63,962 nucleotides of DNA, taken from the NCBI RefSeq assembly GCF_001194135.2, contig NC_068981.1, positions 38,742,278 to 38,806,239 of the forward strand, written 5' to 3'. Position 1 is the stretch's first letter; every line of letters begins with the position of its first letter. This document shows, piece by piece, positions 1 to 10,236 of the stretch. Below the pieces are notes generated by a model that did no database searches, was not told the origin of the DNA, and saw nothing but the letters and a program-made list of their open reading frames with translations. The DNA comes from Octopus bimaculoides. Lineage: Eukaryota. The translations under genes and the position numbers were made by a program.

Positions 1-46
<46 letters not shown>

Positions 47-165
47 GTATGTATTTATGTATTGATGATTATTGATGATTTTTTTCTCTTAATTCTTCTG
101 AATTCTGTTCTAATGTATATTAAGTGTCCTATATTTAATGACAGATTATATTATTTATGTGTGTC

Positions 166-208
<43 letters not shown>

Positions 209-1093
209 CTGTGTCTGTGCATCTGTGTGTTTGTATGTTTGTATAAAATCTTTATTATTGAAATATCATGAGACTGTTTGAAATTATGTATTATCCTGGC
301 ACATTATCAAATCTATAAATAATAAATTATCCAACAGCCTATGAGTCTGAAAAACTGGCTTTCTAGTAAATTGGTCTGAATTAAATTTGAGGTGTTGTTT
401 GAATATTTCTTTCTTCACCCTTTTTCTCTCCATATACAAGAATGCAAGTACATATATGAATGAACATTGAGTGTGTTTATGTTCTGACTTTCTCTTAGTA
501 ATCAGAAAGTGAAAATGAATTCTCAGCAAAAGTGAAAATAAATTGCATGTAGATGGACATAATACAATACCAATTATAACCTGATTCAGAATTAAAATTT
601 GATTAATGTGTTGAATAATGAGCAGATTCCAGCCTTGTTGGTTTATATAGTGGAAATTGATGGGTTTTTTTTTATTAGTTCTCAGTTATACTTAGTACTT
701 TGTTATAGCAATATTTTGTGAGTTAAACTTCAGTACCAAATCTGTAAATTCAGTGCCACAACTCCAGGATTTTAACAAATCATATTCTGAGTCAGTATAC
801 TGAGAGAATTTTCCACTTCTCTGAAATATGATGCAGAGAATGTTCAATGTTGCATAAGCAGACCATTTTGGGCATATATATCTTTCGTATCTACTCCTTT
901 TGCCTATATTAGTACACAACTAACATCTTAACATACTTCAATTTACACAATACTACTCTTCTTTAGTATCAAAAGTGGTGGATTGGCAGAATTATTAGAG
1001 CATATGAAAAATACCCTTAAAGTGTTTAGTTAAGATCCTTTATACAAGATCAAATCCTGCTGAAACCAGCTTTGCTTTTCATCCTTCTAATAA

Positions 1094-2160
1094 TCATCAT
1101 CGTCATCGTCGTTTAACGTCCATTTTCCATGTTGACATGAATTGGACGGTTTGACTGAGGGCTGGCAAGCCAGAAGGCTGCACCAGGCTCCAATCTGACC
1201 TGGCAAAGTTTCTACAGTTGGATGCCTTTCCTAATGCCAACCACTCTGAGAGTGTAGTGGGTACTTTTTGTGTCACCAGCATGAGGGCCAGTCAGGTGGT
1301 ACTGGCATTGACCACACTTGAATGGTGCTTTTTACGTGTTACTGGCATAGGAACCAATTAGGCAACACTGACAATGACCACGCTCGAATGGTGCTTTTTA
1401 CATACCACCGGCACAGGACCAGTCAGCCGGCACTAGCATCGACCAAGCTCAAATGGTGCTTTTTACATGCCACCAGCATGGGACCAATCACACAGCATTG
1501 GCATCGACCATGCTTGAATGGTGCTTTTTATGTGCCACCAGCACGGGTGCCAATTAGGCAGTACTGTCATCAGCAATGGCAATGACTTCACTAGCCTCAA
1601 CAGGTCTTTGCAAGCGCAGTTTATTGCCCAATGATTGAAGGGTACTCTTAAATGGGCTGGTTATGCTGCACTGGCATAGGCCACGCTTACGATCTCACTT
1701 AGCTTGCCAGGTCTTCTCAAGCACGGCATATCTCCAAAGGTCTCAGTCACTCGTCATTGCCTCCATGAGGCCCAACATTCGAAAGTTGTGCTTCACCACC
1801 TCATCCCAGGTCTTTCTGGGTCTACCCCTTCCACAGATTCCCTCTGCTGCTAGGGTGTGACACTTCTTCACACAGCTGTCTTCATCCATATGCAACACAT
1901 GACCATACCAGTACAGTCATCTCTCTTGCACACCACATCTGATGCTTCTTATGTCCAACTTTTCTCTCTCTCTCAAGGCACTTACACTCTGTTATGTATG
2001 CACACTGACATTACACATCCAGCGGTGCTTACTAGCTTCATTCCTTGCAAGCTTATGCATGTCCTCAGCAGTCACGGCCCGTGTTTCACTGCCATGTAGC
2101 ATGGCTGCTTGCACACATGCATCATACAGTCTACCTTTTACTCTGAGTGAGAGGTAGGAG
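1094..2160 (-). mobile_element. RTE-type LINE 3' end (degenerate ORF2 C-terminus, 3' UTR and (GAT)n tail)
   Basis: Minus-strand translation of about 1695-2157 reads KGRLYDACVQAAMLHGSET...WYGHVLHMDEDSCVKKC...GRGRPRKTWDEVVK...DLWRYAVLEKTWQAK*, matching the RTE ORF2 C-terminal motifs (LYGSETW, WYGHV, RGRPRKTW). It has in-frame stops and is followed by a UTR ending in a CAT/GAT microsatellite. Confidence 0.85.
1256..1575. repeat. 65-66 bp minisatellite (about 5 units) inside the RTE 3' UTR
   Basis: AATGGTGCTTTTTA recurs at 1321, 1387, 1452 and 1517, with a degenerate unit near 1256. Confidence 0.9.
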
Positions 2161-3668
2161 TTAATAAAATAAAGTACCAGTCAGCCCAGCTTACAACTTA
2201 TAGTTACTTACTTCAATCTTTTATTATCTTATGTATCAGTTCCAGTAAGATGAGGTTAGACCATTCTTTCAATAATTCTGTATAATGAACAAACATTTAT
2301 CTTTTGTAATGATGACATGCATATCTATCCTTGATATGCTCCAACAAATTTTCATTTCAGATTTCACCTCACTGTTCACAGTTAAATGACGATTTATTAT
2401 CACTTGGCAGATATCACCATTGATCAGTAACAGTTTATTAACTGAAATTATAAACAAAGCTAACAGCTCTTATTTTGACTGATTGAAGCGCTACTGGCTG
2501 ATTTGACACAACAGAACATAATGAAATACTGATGTCCCAAAATTCCTTGTACCACCAATGAGTCAAATGTGTGTGTGTGTGTGTGTGTGTGTTATGAACC
2601 CATTGTTATCATAAAAAGGAAAAATTGTTCTCAGCAGCGATTAGCATACTTGTGTTCAAATCTGCTGGAACATATTAAGAATATCCAAATTCTTTCAGAC
2701 CTTGCTGTTCAAAGTACAAATAACAGTTTATCATTTACCTTCTGTGTCTGTTCAAATTGCAAATTGTATACTCAATTTATTAGAAATAAATAGTAATTAT
2801 CCAGTATTAGATAATAAATTCTCCTGAAGAAAATTCTTTTCATTCTCAAAATAGAAACTTTTTAATGTAAATTTTGTTAGTACATAGATACTGGTTTTTA
2901 ACAGCTTTTCTACCACCAAGATTGAAATAGAGCTAAATTTCTTTGGTTTATTGGTTAAAATTGTATAAATTGGTTAAAATTGTTTTAGAAATGTCAGAAT
3001 GTATTGCAATGCAGACATCTCACACAAATATAATGGGAAATTACAATTACAGTTTATACAATATGTACCAGATATTCATGTTTCAAGTAGATAGATATCA
3101 GTTACTGCTTACGGTCATTCAATTAACAATGAATATATTTCATCAGGTTGAAAGATTACTGAATTATTTTAATTAAGCTGAAAATAAAACAGGAAACCTT
3201 TCAAGCAGATTTGCTAAAAATAATTTCCTTCTTTCCGTGATTTTTCGTCTTTTAACTGTGAAAGACTAACATTTTCACATTGGTTTATGAAGAGGAAACA
3301 CAGCTACATTCCTTCAAGCTTTCTTTGAATAAAAGCAACAGTAAAATGTTTATGCCAGTCTGGTATCCTTCCTTTCCACTACTTTCTAAAAATAATATTA
3401 TTAAATAAACAACCAATTCTTTCATACAGAAAATTTAGTTAAAGATTACAGCTTTTTTCCATTTTCATATTTCCCATTTGGGGAACAATGGCTACAGGTT
3501 TTGAATGGGTAAACCCATTGTTTCACTGTATTTCTGATATTATAAGTGAATTGGTTCTGAAGAAATAACACAAAGTGCCTCATTTGCATTTTTTCTGTTT
3601 TCTTGCTGAAATTTAGATCTCTCTCTCACTCTCTCTCTCCCATCTTTTCTCCCCTCCCACACACGACA

Positions 3669-3806
3669 GGCTTCCATACAGTTTCTGTCTACCAAATTCT
3701 CTTTACAACATGGGGTTAGAATAGAAGACTCTTGCTTATGATACTATTCAGTGGGATTAAGTCTAGAACCACAAAGTTGAGTAGCAAATTTCTTCACTAC
3801 ACATCC
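3669..3806 (-). mobile_element. SINE family B fragment (degenerate)
   Basis: Matches the reverse complement of the family seen at 6110-6478 and 47725-48100 (cagtttctgtctaccaaatt...gtgggatt...gaaccac). Confidence 0.6.
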
Positions 3807-4326
3807 GAGCATCCACTCATCTTTCAAATGTCACTTATATCAATTCTAAAAGATCTGATGAATTAGTCTGAAGCAGTTACACGCAACAGTAGTGTGGTAG
3901 AGGTTTAAATAGATTGTTATTAATGCCCTAATCACTAAGTCACACACCTTCACTATAATAAACCAACAAGGAGTCCTGTACTTTTTCTCTTCATGAAATC
4001 TGTCTTCTCTATTAGCCTACCTGTATTCGAATTGCATGACTTGTGTATCCATTATTTACACTGAACACACTGCATAGAATTCTTACCTACTCTTTTTTGC
4101 ATATCAAACATGACCATTTCCTTAATATTAGCATGATTTTGTCTTTTCTCTTGTTTAGTCTTTTCTAAGTTTAGTGATAAGTAATTTATTGTTGAGAAAT
4201 AGATGGGATGGTCACAGCTGGAATACTCTTGATTGCATGTCTGTTTCATCAGGGATGGCTTAGGTCTCAAAAACAAAAACAACAATAATCCCATTAATTT
4301 ATCTGTATATTAACTATAATTACTCA

Positions 4327-4370
<44 letters not shown>

Positions 4371-4371
<1 letters not shown>

Positions 4372-4419
4372 CTTAGAAAGACTTAGAGAGACTTAGAAAG
4401 ACTTAGAGAGACTTAGAAA
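4371..4419. repeat. 10-bp tandem repeat (ACTTAGAAAG/ACTTAGAGAG) x5
   Basis: Read directly; the alternating variants give a 20-bp higher-order period next to (TA)n(GA)n. Confidence 0.95.
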
Positions 4420-4525
4420 TATTAATAACTCTATTTCTGAAAACCAGTGGATAGATTCCACTGAAATTAGATAAATAACCTTCGAACAGATAGTCAGCAG
4501 CGCCGCCTGGCTGGAGCTTGGCTGC

Positions 4526-4567
4526 TCTGCATTGACAAGGGGCAACACCCTGAAACTAGTCTGCAGA
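4526..4567 (+). ncRNA. Minimal type I hammerhead ribozyme motif, Penelope-like, with U3-A8 core variant
   Basis: TCTGCA-TTGACAA-GGGG caaca CCCT-GAAA-CTAG-TC-TGCAGA: perfect 6-bp stem I, 4-bp stem II, palindromic ACTAGT stem III, GUC triplet (cut between 4561 and 4562). Confidence 0.7.
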
Positions 4568-5896
4568 CGCCAAACCAGCAAGGGGAAACTGCTGACCTCC
4601 CCTGTTCAAAGGTTATAAAGNNNNNNNNNNNNNNNNNNNNNNNNNNNNNNNNNNNNNNNNNNNNNNNNNNNNNNNNNNNNNNNNNNNNNNNNNNNNNNNN
4701 NNNNNNNNNNNNNNNNNNNNNNNNNNNNNNNNNNNNNNNNNNNNNNNNNNNNNNNNNNNNNNNNNNNNNNNNNNNNNNNNNNNNNNNNNNNNNNNNNNNN
4801 NNNNNNNNNNNNNNNNNNNNNNNNNNNNNNNNNNNNNNNNNNNNNNNNNNNNNNNNNNNNNNNNNNNNNNNNNNNNNNNNNNNNNNNNNNNNNNNNNNNN
4901 NNNNNNNNNNNNNNNNNNNNNNNNNNNNNNNNNNNNNNNNNNNNNNNNNNNNTATATATGTATGTATGGAAGGCAGACATTAAATGATGTTGATATATAT
5001 GTGTGTGTGTGTGTGTCATTGGATTAGTTATTCCTACAGTAAATAAAAACAAATATAGGACGCATGTTGCCCTATAACAGTTCATAAACTTTAAACTTTG
5101 CTAAACAAGAAAAAAATTAAAAATTAAGGAAGACAATCAACAGAGAACGAAATCAAATACTAAATACTTTATAAAACCAAATAGTTCTCTCATCCAATGT
5201 CATCTTGTTGCTCTGAGCAACACTTATTTGGGAGAAGCATTTTAATTATCATTACAATCCTAATTATATCTTATAACAAATTTTCGTGCTTATTTTTTAA
5301 TGGAAATCACTTTCACTAAAGTTCATTTTTATTTCTGAAGCCAAATAAAATAATCAAATTAGTTAATTGAGTAATAATTTAATTTTTTTAATTTTTTTTG
5401 TAGGAAGAGCTTATTCATGATATAGTTCTACATTATATCATTTTCTGAAATAATAGCAAGTATTGATTTAGATATTTAATAAAAGTTATAATCTTCTTTC
5501 ATTCTGCATCTACCAATGATAAATTTGAAGAATATTGAACAATGCTGAAAATATAGGACAAATTGGCAATTTCCAAAATGCAGGTCAGTATTCAGACAAT
5601 AGTGATGTTTATCTCAATGTTTCCAGACACTTATGTATACAGAATGGAATAAAAGATCTATAACATTATTATAGTCAGTAGAAATCCAATACATCAGCTG
5701 ATAACATGAAAGAAATTCAAAGAAATAATTATAGTAAAAATAGAAATATGGTCAAAGGTTACACTATTGATGAGAGAATATTTGTAGGATATATCCCCGA
5801 CCTTAAAATGGGAAGAGCCAGACTGAATTTAAGGAAAATGTTGCATGTGTATAATATATAGTAATCAATTTCTAATAATATCTTTAAAGGGTTGTA

Positions 5897-6110
5897 GTCT
5901 GGCAGAATCAGTAGAGCATGCGATAAATGCTTTGTAGGTTTAACAATATGCTACTTTTTTTTATCTTCTGAGTTCAAATCTCACTGATCTCATCTTTGCT
6001 TTTTATCATTCCTGAATTAATAAACTGAAGTATCAGTCGAATTCTGGGGTTGGTATGGTCAACTGTACACTTCCTCAAATTTATTTCCTGTGCTTGTTAG
6101 AAATTAATAG
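5897..6110 (+). mobile_element. tRNA-derived SINE family A (degenerate)
   Basis: A-box-like TGGCAGAATCAGT and B-box GAGTTCAAATCT; body resembles the better copies at 51456 and 58893. Confidence 0.65.
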
Positions 6111-6478
6111 CTGCATGATTAAGAAGCTCACTTTGTAACCAGGTGGCTTTAGGTTCAATCCCACTGTTCAGTACTTTAGATAAGTACCCTTTTCTATAAC
6201 TCAGAGCTGATCAATGCCTTGTGAGTAAATTTGGTTGATAGAAACTGTGTAGAAGTTTGTCATATATATATATGCATGTATGTGTTTTTGTATCTGTGTT
6301 TGTTACTCTCTCACTGATTCTGGTTTATTTATTCTCAAACTGAGCAGTTTGACAAAAGTGACTGGTAGAATAAGTACCAGATTTCAAAAGAAACATAAAT
6401 ACTGGGGTTTATTTGTCTGACTAAAACACTTCAAAGCAGAAAAGTCATGGGCAAATGACTGAAACAGATAAGAAAAAT
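6110..6478 (+). mobile_element. SINE family B (degenerate)
   Basis: GGTTCAATCCC B-box-like motif, ccttgtgagt..atttggt..a.agaaact body, tail aaatgactgaaaca; shared with 13050-13200, 38930-39060 and 47725-48100. Confidence 0.65.
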
Positions 6479-6568
6479 AAAGCTAAAGAATGGAAGTGAA
6501 GATTCAGATTTCAGTTTTCAAAATGTCTTACTGTATTTCCACATAATTGTCGACTGGTTATTTTTTAG

Positions 6569-6669
6569 TTTCATTGTGAATATTTTTGTGTTTCTCATAC
6601 TGATGAGGTCCATATGGGACACTTTGCTGATATATTTCACACACCTTGGAAAGAAAAAGTCATTTCATG
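6569..6669 (+). CDS. Candidate internal exon, unknown protein (FHCEYFCVSHTDEVHMGHFADIFHTPWKEKVIS)
   Basis: ttattttttag acceptor, TG/gtaaat donor, 33 open codons, phase-compatible with 7081-7138. No homology recognised. Confidence 0.3.
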
Positions 6670-7080
6670 GTAAATAGTATTTTGCCAAAAGTGGAGTTAC
6701 TTTTGGCTGCAGCTAATCAGAAGGAATTGTTAGAAGACATAAAAAAAAGATTGTTTTTAAAATAATGCTTTGTTTTTTTTTTTCCTAACTGGAAATGGGT
6801 TTAGAGTTTTGTAGGGAAGAAGAAAGAAAATTTTTGTTTTTCAAGCAATAACCACTGCATTATATATATTGCGTAATATTGAAGGATATAACAAAAAAAT
6901 GCATGACAATGCCTGCAGCAGTAAATGAATATGTGAGCTTTAACAAAATAAGGTAAACATTATTCCATTTATTCTAAAAAAAAAATTAAATTTTTTTCCT
7001 AAAATCCTTAGATAATGAATGTAGACTTTTATTTATTATCACTGTTAGTGCTGTTGCTATTTTCTTTGTAATATTTTCAG

Positions 7081-7138
7081 TGCATATTTTGACTTCTGGC
7101 ACATAATACAGGAAGTAGCTGGCCATTTTGTTTTGCTT
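7081..7138 (+). CDS. Candidate internal exon (AYFDFWHIIQEVAGHFVLL)
   Basis: atattttcag acceptor, consensus gtaagt donor, open in the phase required by the previous candidate. Confidence 0.35.
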
Positions 7139-7260
7139 GTAAGTTTTTGCTGGTTTTGCTTTTGGACTTGCTGCCTTTTCAACTATCATCCTGTGTAGTG
7201 ATGAAGGCCACCACTAGCCTTAATTTTGAATCAGGATTAATATTCTCTTACTAGTTTCAG

Positions 7261-7325
7261 GGTTTTCTCTATCCCATATCGAGTTGGGGTTTTATGAATG
7301 AAATAAATGAAAGCAGATCAGGCAG
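7261..7325 (+). CDS. Candidate internal exon (GFLYPISSWGFMNEINESRSG)
   Basis: ctagtttcag acceptor, AG/gtttat donor (weak), open in phase 0. Confidence 0.25.
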
Positions 7326-8028
7326 GTTTATCAACAGAAACAGTAGAAAGGTTCATTTTCCATTTTGATTTGAGTCATATCTATTCTATGCTGGTTTAAC
7401 AATGTTAAACAAGTAGATATTCTTTATGAGGAATGCAATTACAAGAAAACTGAAACAAAAGGAACAAAGAAAATCAAAAACTTCAGTGAAATAAAAGATA
7501 AACATATTAAAATAACTTGAACAGTATTGTAGTTATAACTGCCATAAATTTCCACTGAATAACAAATGTCAAAAATTTTGCTATTTTTTGTAATATTTTG
7601 TCCCACACCATTTAGATCAATATGGTTGATGTTCATTTCAAACTAACCATTTGTTGTCTGTAGAGAAAGTGTAAGAAATGTGCAGGTTTGATGATGATGA
7701 TGGGATCAAAATTGTTTAGTACAATGTCTACATAGTAGAGATGATGAGAAGTGAGATGGTTACTCAAAGACAAATATCACTATATTGTTTTCACAATTTT
7801 CTTGCCCTAACTTTGTTTTTTTTTTTTTGCAGTTGCTTACCTCATAATAGTAGGCATGAAGGTAGGTATATATATATATGTTATGCTTCTCAGCTTTCAT
7901 AAGTAGTACTGTTTGTAGCATGCGTTCATTCAACAACAATTGCAATAAGTAGATGGTTCTTCCTCAGCACTCTATGTTACCAGTCAATGTAGTCAGCTTT
8001 GAATAGATCTATAATCAAAGGTAATCTA

Positions 8029-8155
8029 CAGGGTCTCCACAAGGTCTGGGTACATAGAGTAAATAAAATCATAACATAAACAATTAAATATAAGAAATAA
8101 TAATTTCTTAAAGCATGTGTTAATCCCTATGTACCCAGACTTTATGGACACCCTG
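8029..8155. mobile_element. 127-bp Tc1/mariner-type MITE
   Basis: TIRs CAGGGTCTCCACAAGGTCTGGGTACATAG and CTATGTACCCAGACTTTATGGACACCCTG (3 mismatches in 29 bp), TA on both sides (8027-8028, 8156-8157). Confidence 0.9.
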
Positions 8156-9071
8156 TAGAAGCTACTAACACGACATTTTTAAAGATGATAGAATGTCATT
8201 TGAGGAAATTTGGCTTCTATTTCTAGCAAGGCATGTGGCTATTTAGATGCTCACACTTTAGCTTTCTCTACCTTTGAAAGTGTTTGCTCTTATATATTGA
8301 AGAATTATTGTGGTCATGAGACTTTACCATGCTGTAATATAAAATATTTATCTTTCATGAAAAATTTTTTTCCAATTAAATTCTAAATCTCTTAAGGATA
8401 ACATTAAGTTGAATAAATGCCGAAAATAAGTAAAACACCTAAAACTTTACAGACTGACGCATCACTCTGACCTCATATGAAATTGCACATCAAAATTTCA
8501 TTAGTTACTTGCTGTCAATAATTCTAGGTGATTCCATTATTTATTTTGCTTTTTCCTTGTCAAATGATTTATTAATTCAGTTTTCTTATTTCTACTTCCT
8601 GTCAAAAAAGTACACGTTAATTCATTAATATAATTTGAAAAGTGATTTGAATGCATCAATATTAGTAAGTTTTGAGATATAGGCACATAAAAAATGATGT
8701 TTAGAAGCAATAGTTTATGAAGGAAGTTTAATGCAAAAATCCCCTGACTACAAAATGTTATTAGATTGTAATAATAAGACAACACAAGTAATATGAAAGA
8801 TAAATAGCAAACAATTTGGAGAAGTTTCACTGGTCAGGTGATGATAAAAAGAACAATTTCTGTCATATCAAAAGTAATGAGAACATAGTATATGTGTTTG
8901 TATAAGCAAATATATATGTCAATATACATATATATATGCATACATACATAAGTATATATACATATGTTATATGTAAAAAAAATATATATATCATGTATAA
9001 ATGATGCATACATACATATATATATAGAGAGAGAGAGACAAACAGACAGACACACACATATATATATACAT

Positions 9072-9105
<34 letters not shown>

Positions 9106-9248
9106 TGATTTAAAATTTTGACCAGTAATTTTGGGGAAGAATCTAAGTTAATTACATCGACCCCAGTGTTCAACTGGTACTGAGGAATTTCAACCATGAT
9201 TCATGGTCTGCTACCACAACAGCTCCTTTATAGGATCCAGTTAGCTCA

Positions 9249-9310
9249 GGACATCATCAGGAGGAACCACGTCCGGTTTCGGCCCCTACTCCTCTACCGT
9301 TTTGACGTGG
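9249..9310 (-). ncRNA. Putative non-circularly permuted hammerhead ribozyme (intact core)
   Basis: RNA: CCACGUC AAAA CGG UA GAGGA GUA GGGGCC GAAA CCG GACGUGG U UCCUC CUGAUGA UGUCC. All three core strands and stems I, II and III can be assigned, plus an extra 7-bp helix. Confidence 0.6.
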
Positions 9311-9527
9311 CGGGGCTACCCCCTTTCGGAGGTGTCTTCAGCTCTGGTGTTGGGTGCATGTCTTCTTTCACTGTTTGTGACTGTACTAATTCAACTGTGG
9401 AATGTCCCTCGCTATGGTTATTTTCCAGGAGGTTCTGGCCACACCTCTTATGGTTCATCAATCTGCGTTGTTGAATTACTTTCTTCCGACATATCTTCCC
9501 TTGGTGGATTAGGATCCAGTTAGCTGA

Positions 9528-9589
9528 AGACATCATCAAGAGGAACCACGTCCGGTTTCGGCCCCTACTTCTCTACCGTTTTGACGTGG
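9528..9589 (-). ncRNA. Second, degenerate copy of the permuted hammerhead motif
   Basis: Same layout, but core is UUGAUGA (C3U), stem I has an A-C mismatch and stem II is weaker. Confidence 0.45.
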
Positions 9590-9848
9590 TGGGGCCCCTC
9601 CTTTCGGAGGTGTCTTCAGCTCTGGTGTTGGGTGCATGTCTTCTTTCTTCTATTCCCTGGCCTCTTCGATGCAGCATCAACGAGTGTCAGCGTCCGACTG
9701 ATCGTCATGTCAAATTCCCCTTTTTATATCTGCTGCTAGGCTCCAGCAGGCAGCCCCAGCTAGTTGTCACATGACACTGTCTAAACTTCCCACTGCTNNN
9801 NNNNNNNNNNNNNNNNNNNNNNNNNNNNNNNNNNNNNNNNNNNNNNNN

Positions 9849-10236
9849 AAACTTTAACTGACAATGGAGGGCGCGAAGCCACTTCAGTGTCAGCCTGTCT
9901 CACCTAGACATGTTATGACTTTCAAGCCATATTCGGTCTTCCCGCTTCAGCCATATATAGAAGCTGGTTTTTTCGACCGCCTCCTGTATCCTCCTTATCA
10001 GTTTTCTCAGTTCCGAGTTTGAAAACGCAAATCTTCTCTTGAATAGCGTTGTCATTTTTCTTTCAATGAAGCCTCTAGCCCCCACTGCCAGATGGTAGTA
10101 CTCGACAGTCCATCCCTGTTCTCTGCACTCTTCGATTAGTTTTTCATATCTCTTCTCCTTTCGCTTGTCTGCATTGTCGATGTTTTCTTCCCATGGTACT
10201 GTCAGTTCTAGCAAGATTCCTATTCTCTGTTCCTAT
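9849..10236 (-). mobile_element. 5'-truncated HERO/NeSL-type (RLE clade) non-LTR retrotransposon: restriction-like endonuclease C-terminus and start of 3' UTR
   Basis: ORF 9900-10214 reads ELTVPWEENIDNADKRKEKRYEKLIEECREQGW...AVGARGF, the ELTVPWEE...K..RY..L...C...GW...VG.RGF signature of HERO-type RLE domains. The upstream PD motif is missing because of truncation. Confidence 0.85.

Larger units (their letters stand above)
9182..9797 (-). mobile_element. GC-rich segment probably from the same HERO-like element, with a 139-bp direct repeat (9231-9369 and 9510-9647)
   Basis: Lies inside the same split SINE. Both repeats read taggatccagttagct...ggtgcatgtcttcttt, offset 279 bp. Linkage to the ORF crosses a 51-N gap. 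Confidence 0.65.

Noticed and set aside
1256-1575. CRISPR-like regular spacing
   Set aside because: Whole units are homologous with no unique spacers; eukaryotic LINE UTR context and no cas genes.
6600-6626. CTGATGAG-GTCC-atatg-GGAC resembling hammerhead core plus stem II
   Set aside because: No GAAA follows and stems I and III cannot be formed.
8227-8333. Candidate exon continuing the 6569-7325 chain (KACGYLDAHTLAFSTFESVCSYILKNYC)
   Set aside because: Its acceptor (ttggcttctatttctag) is part of a dispersed repeat motif also seen near 20605-20625 and 40160-40180, and the donor is ambiguous.
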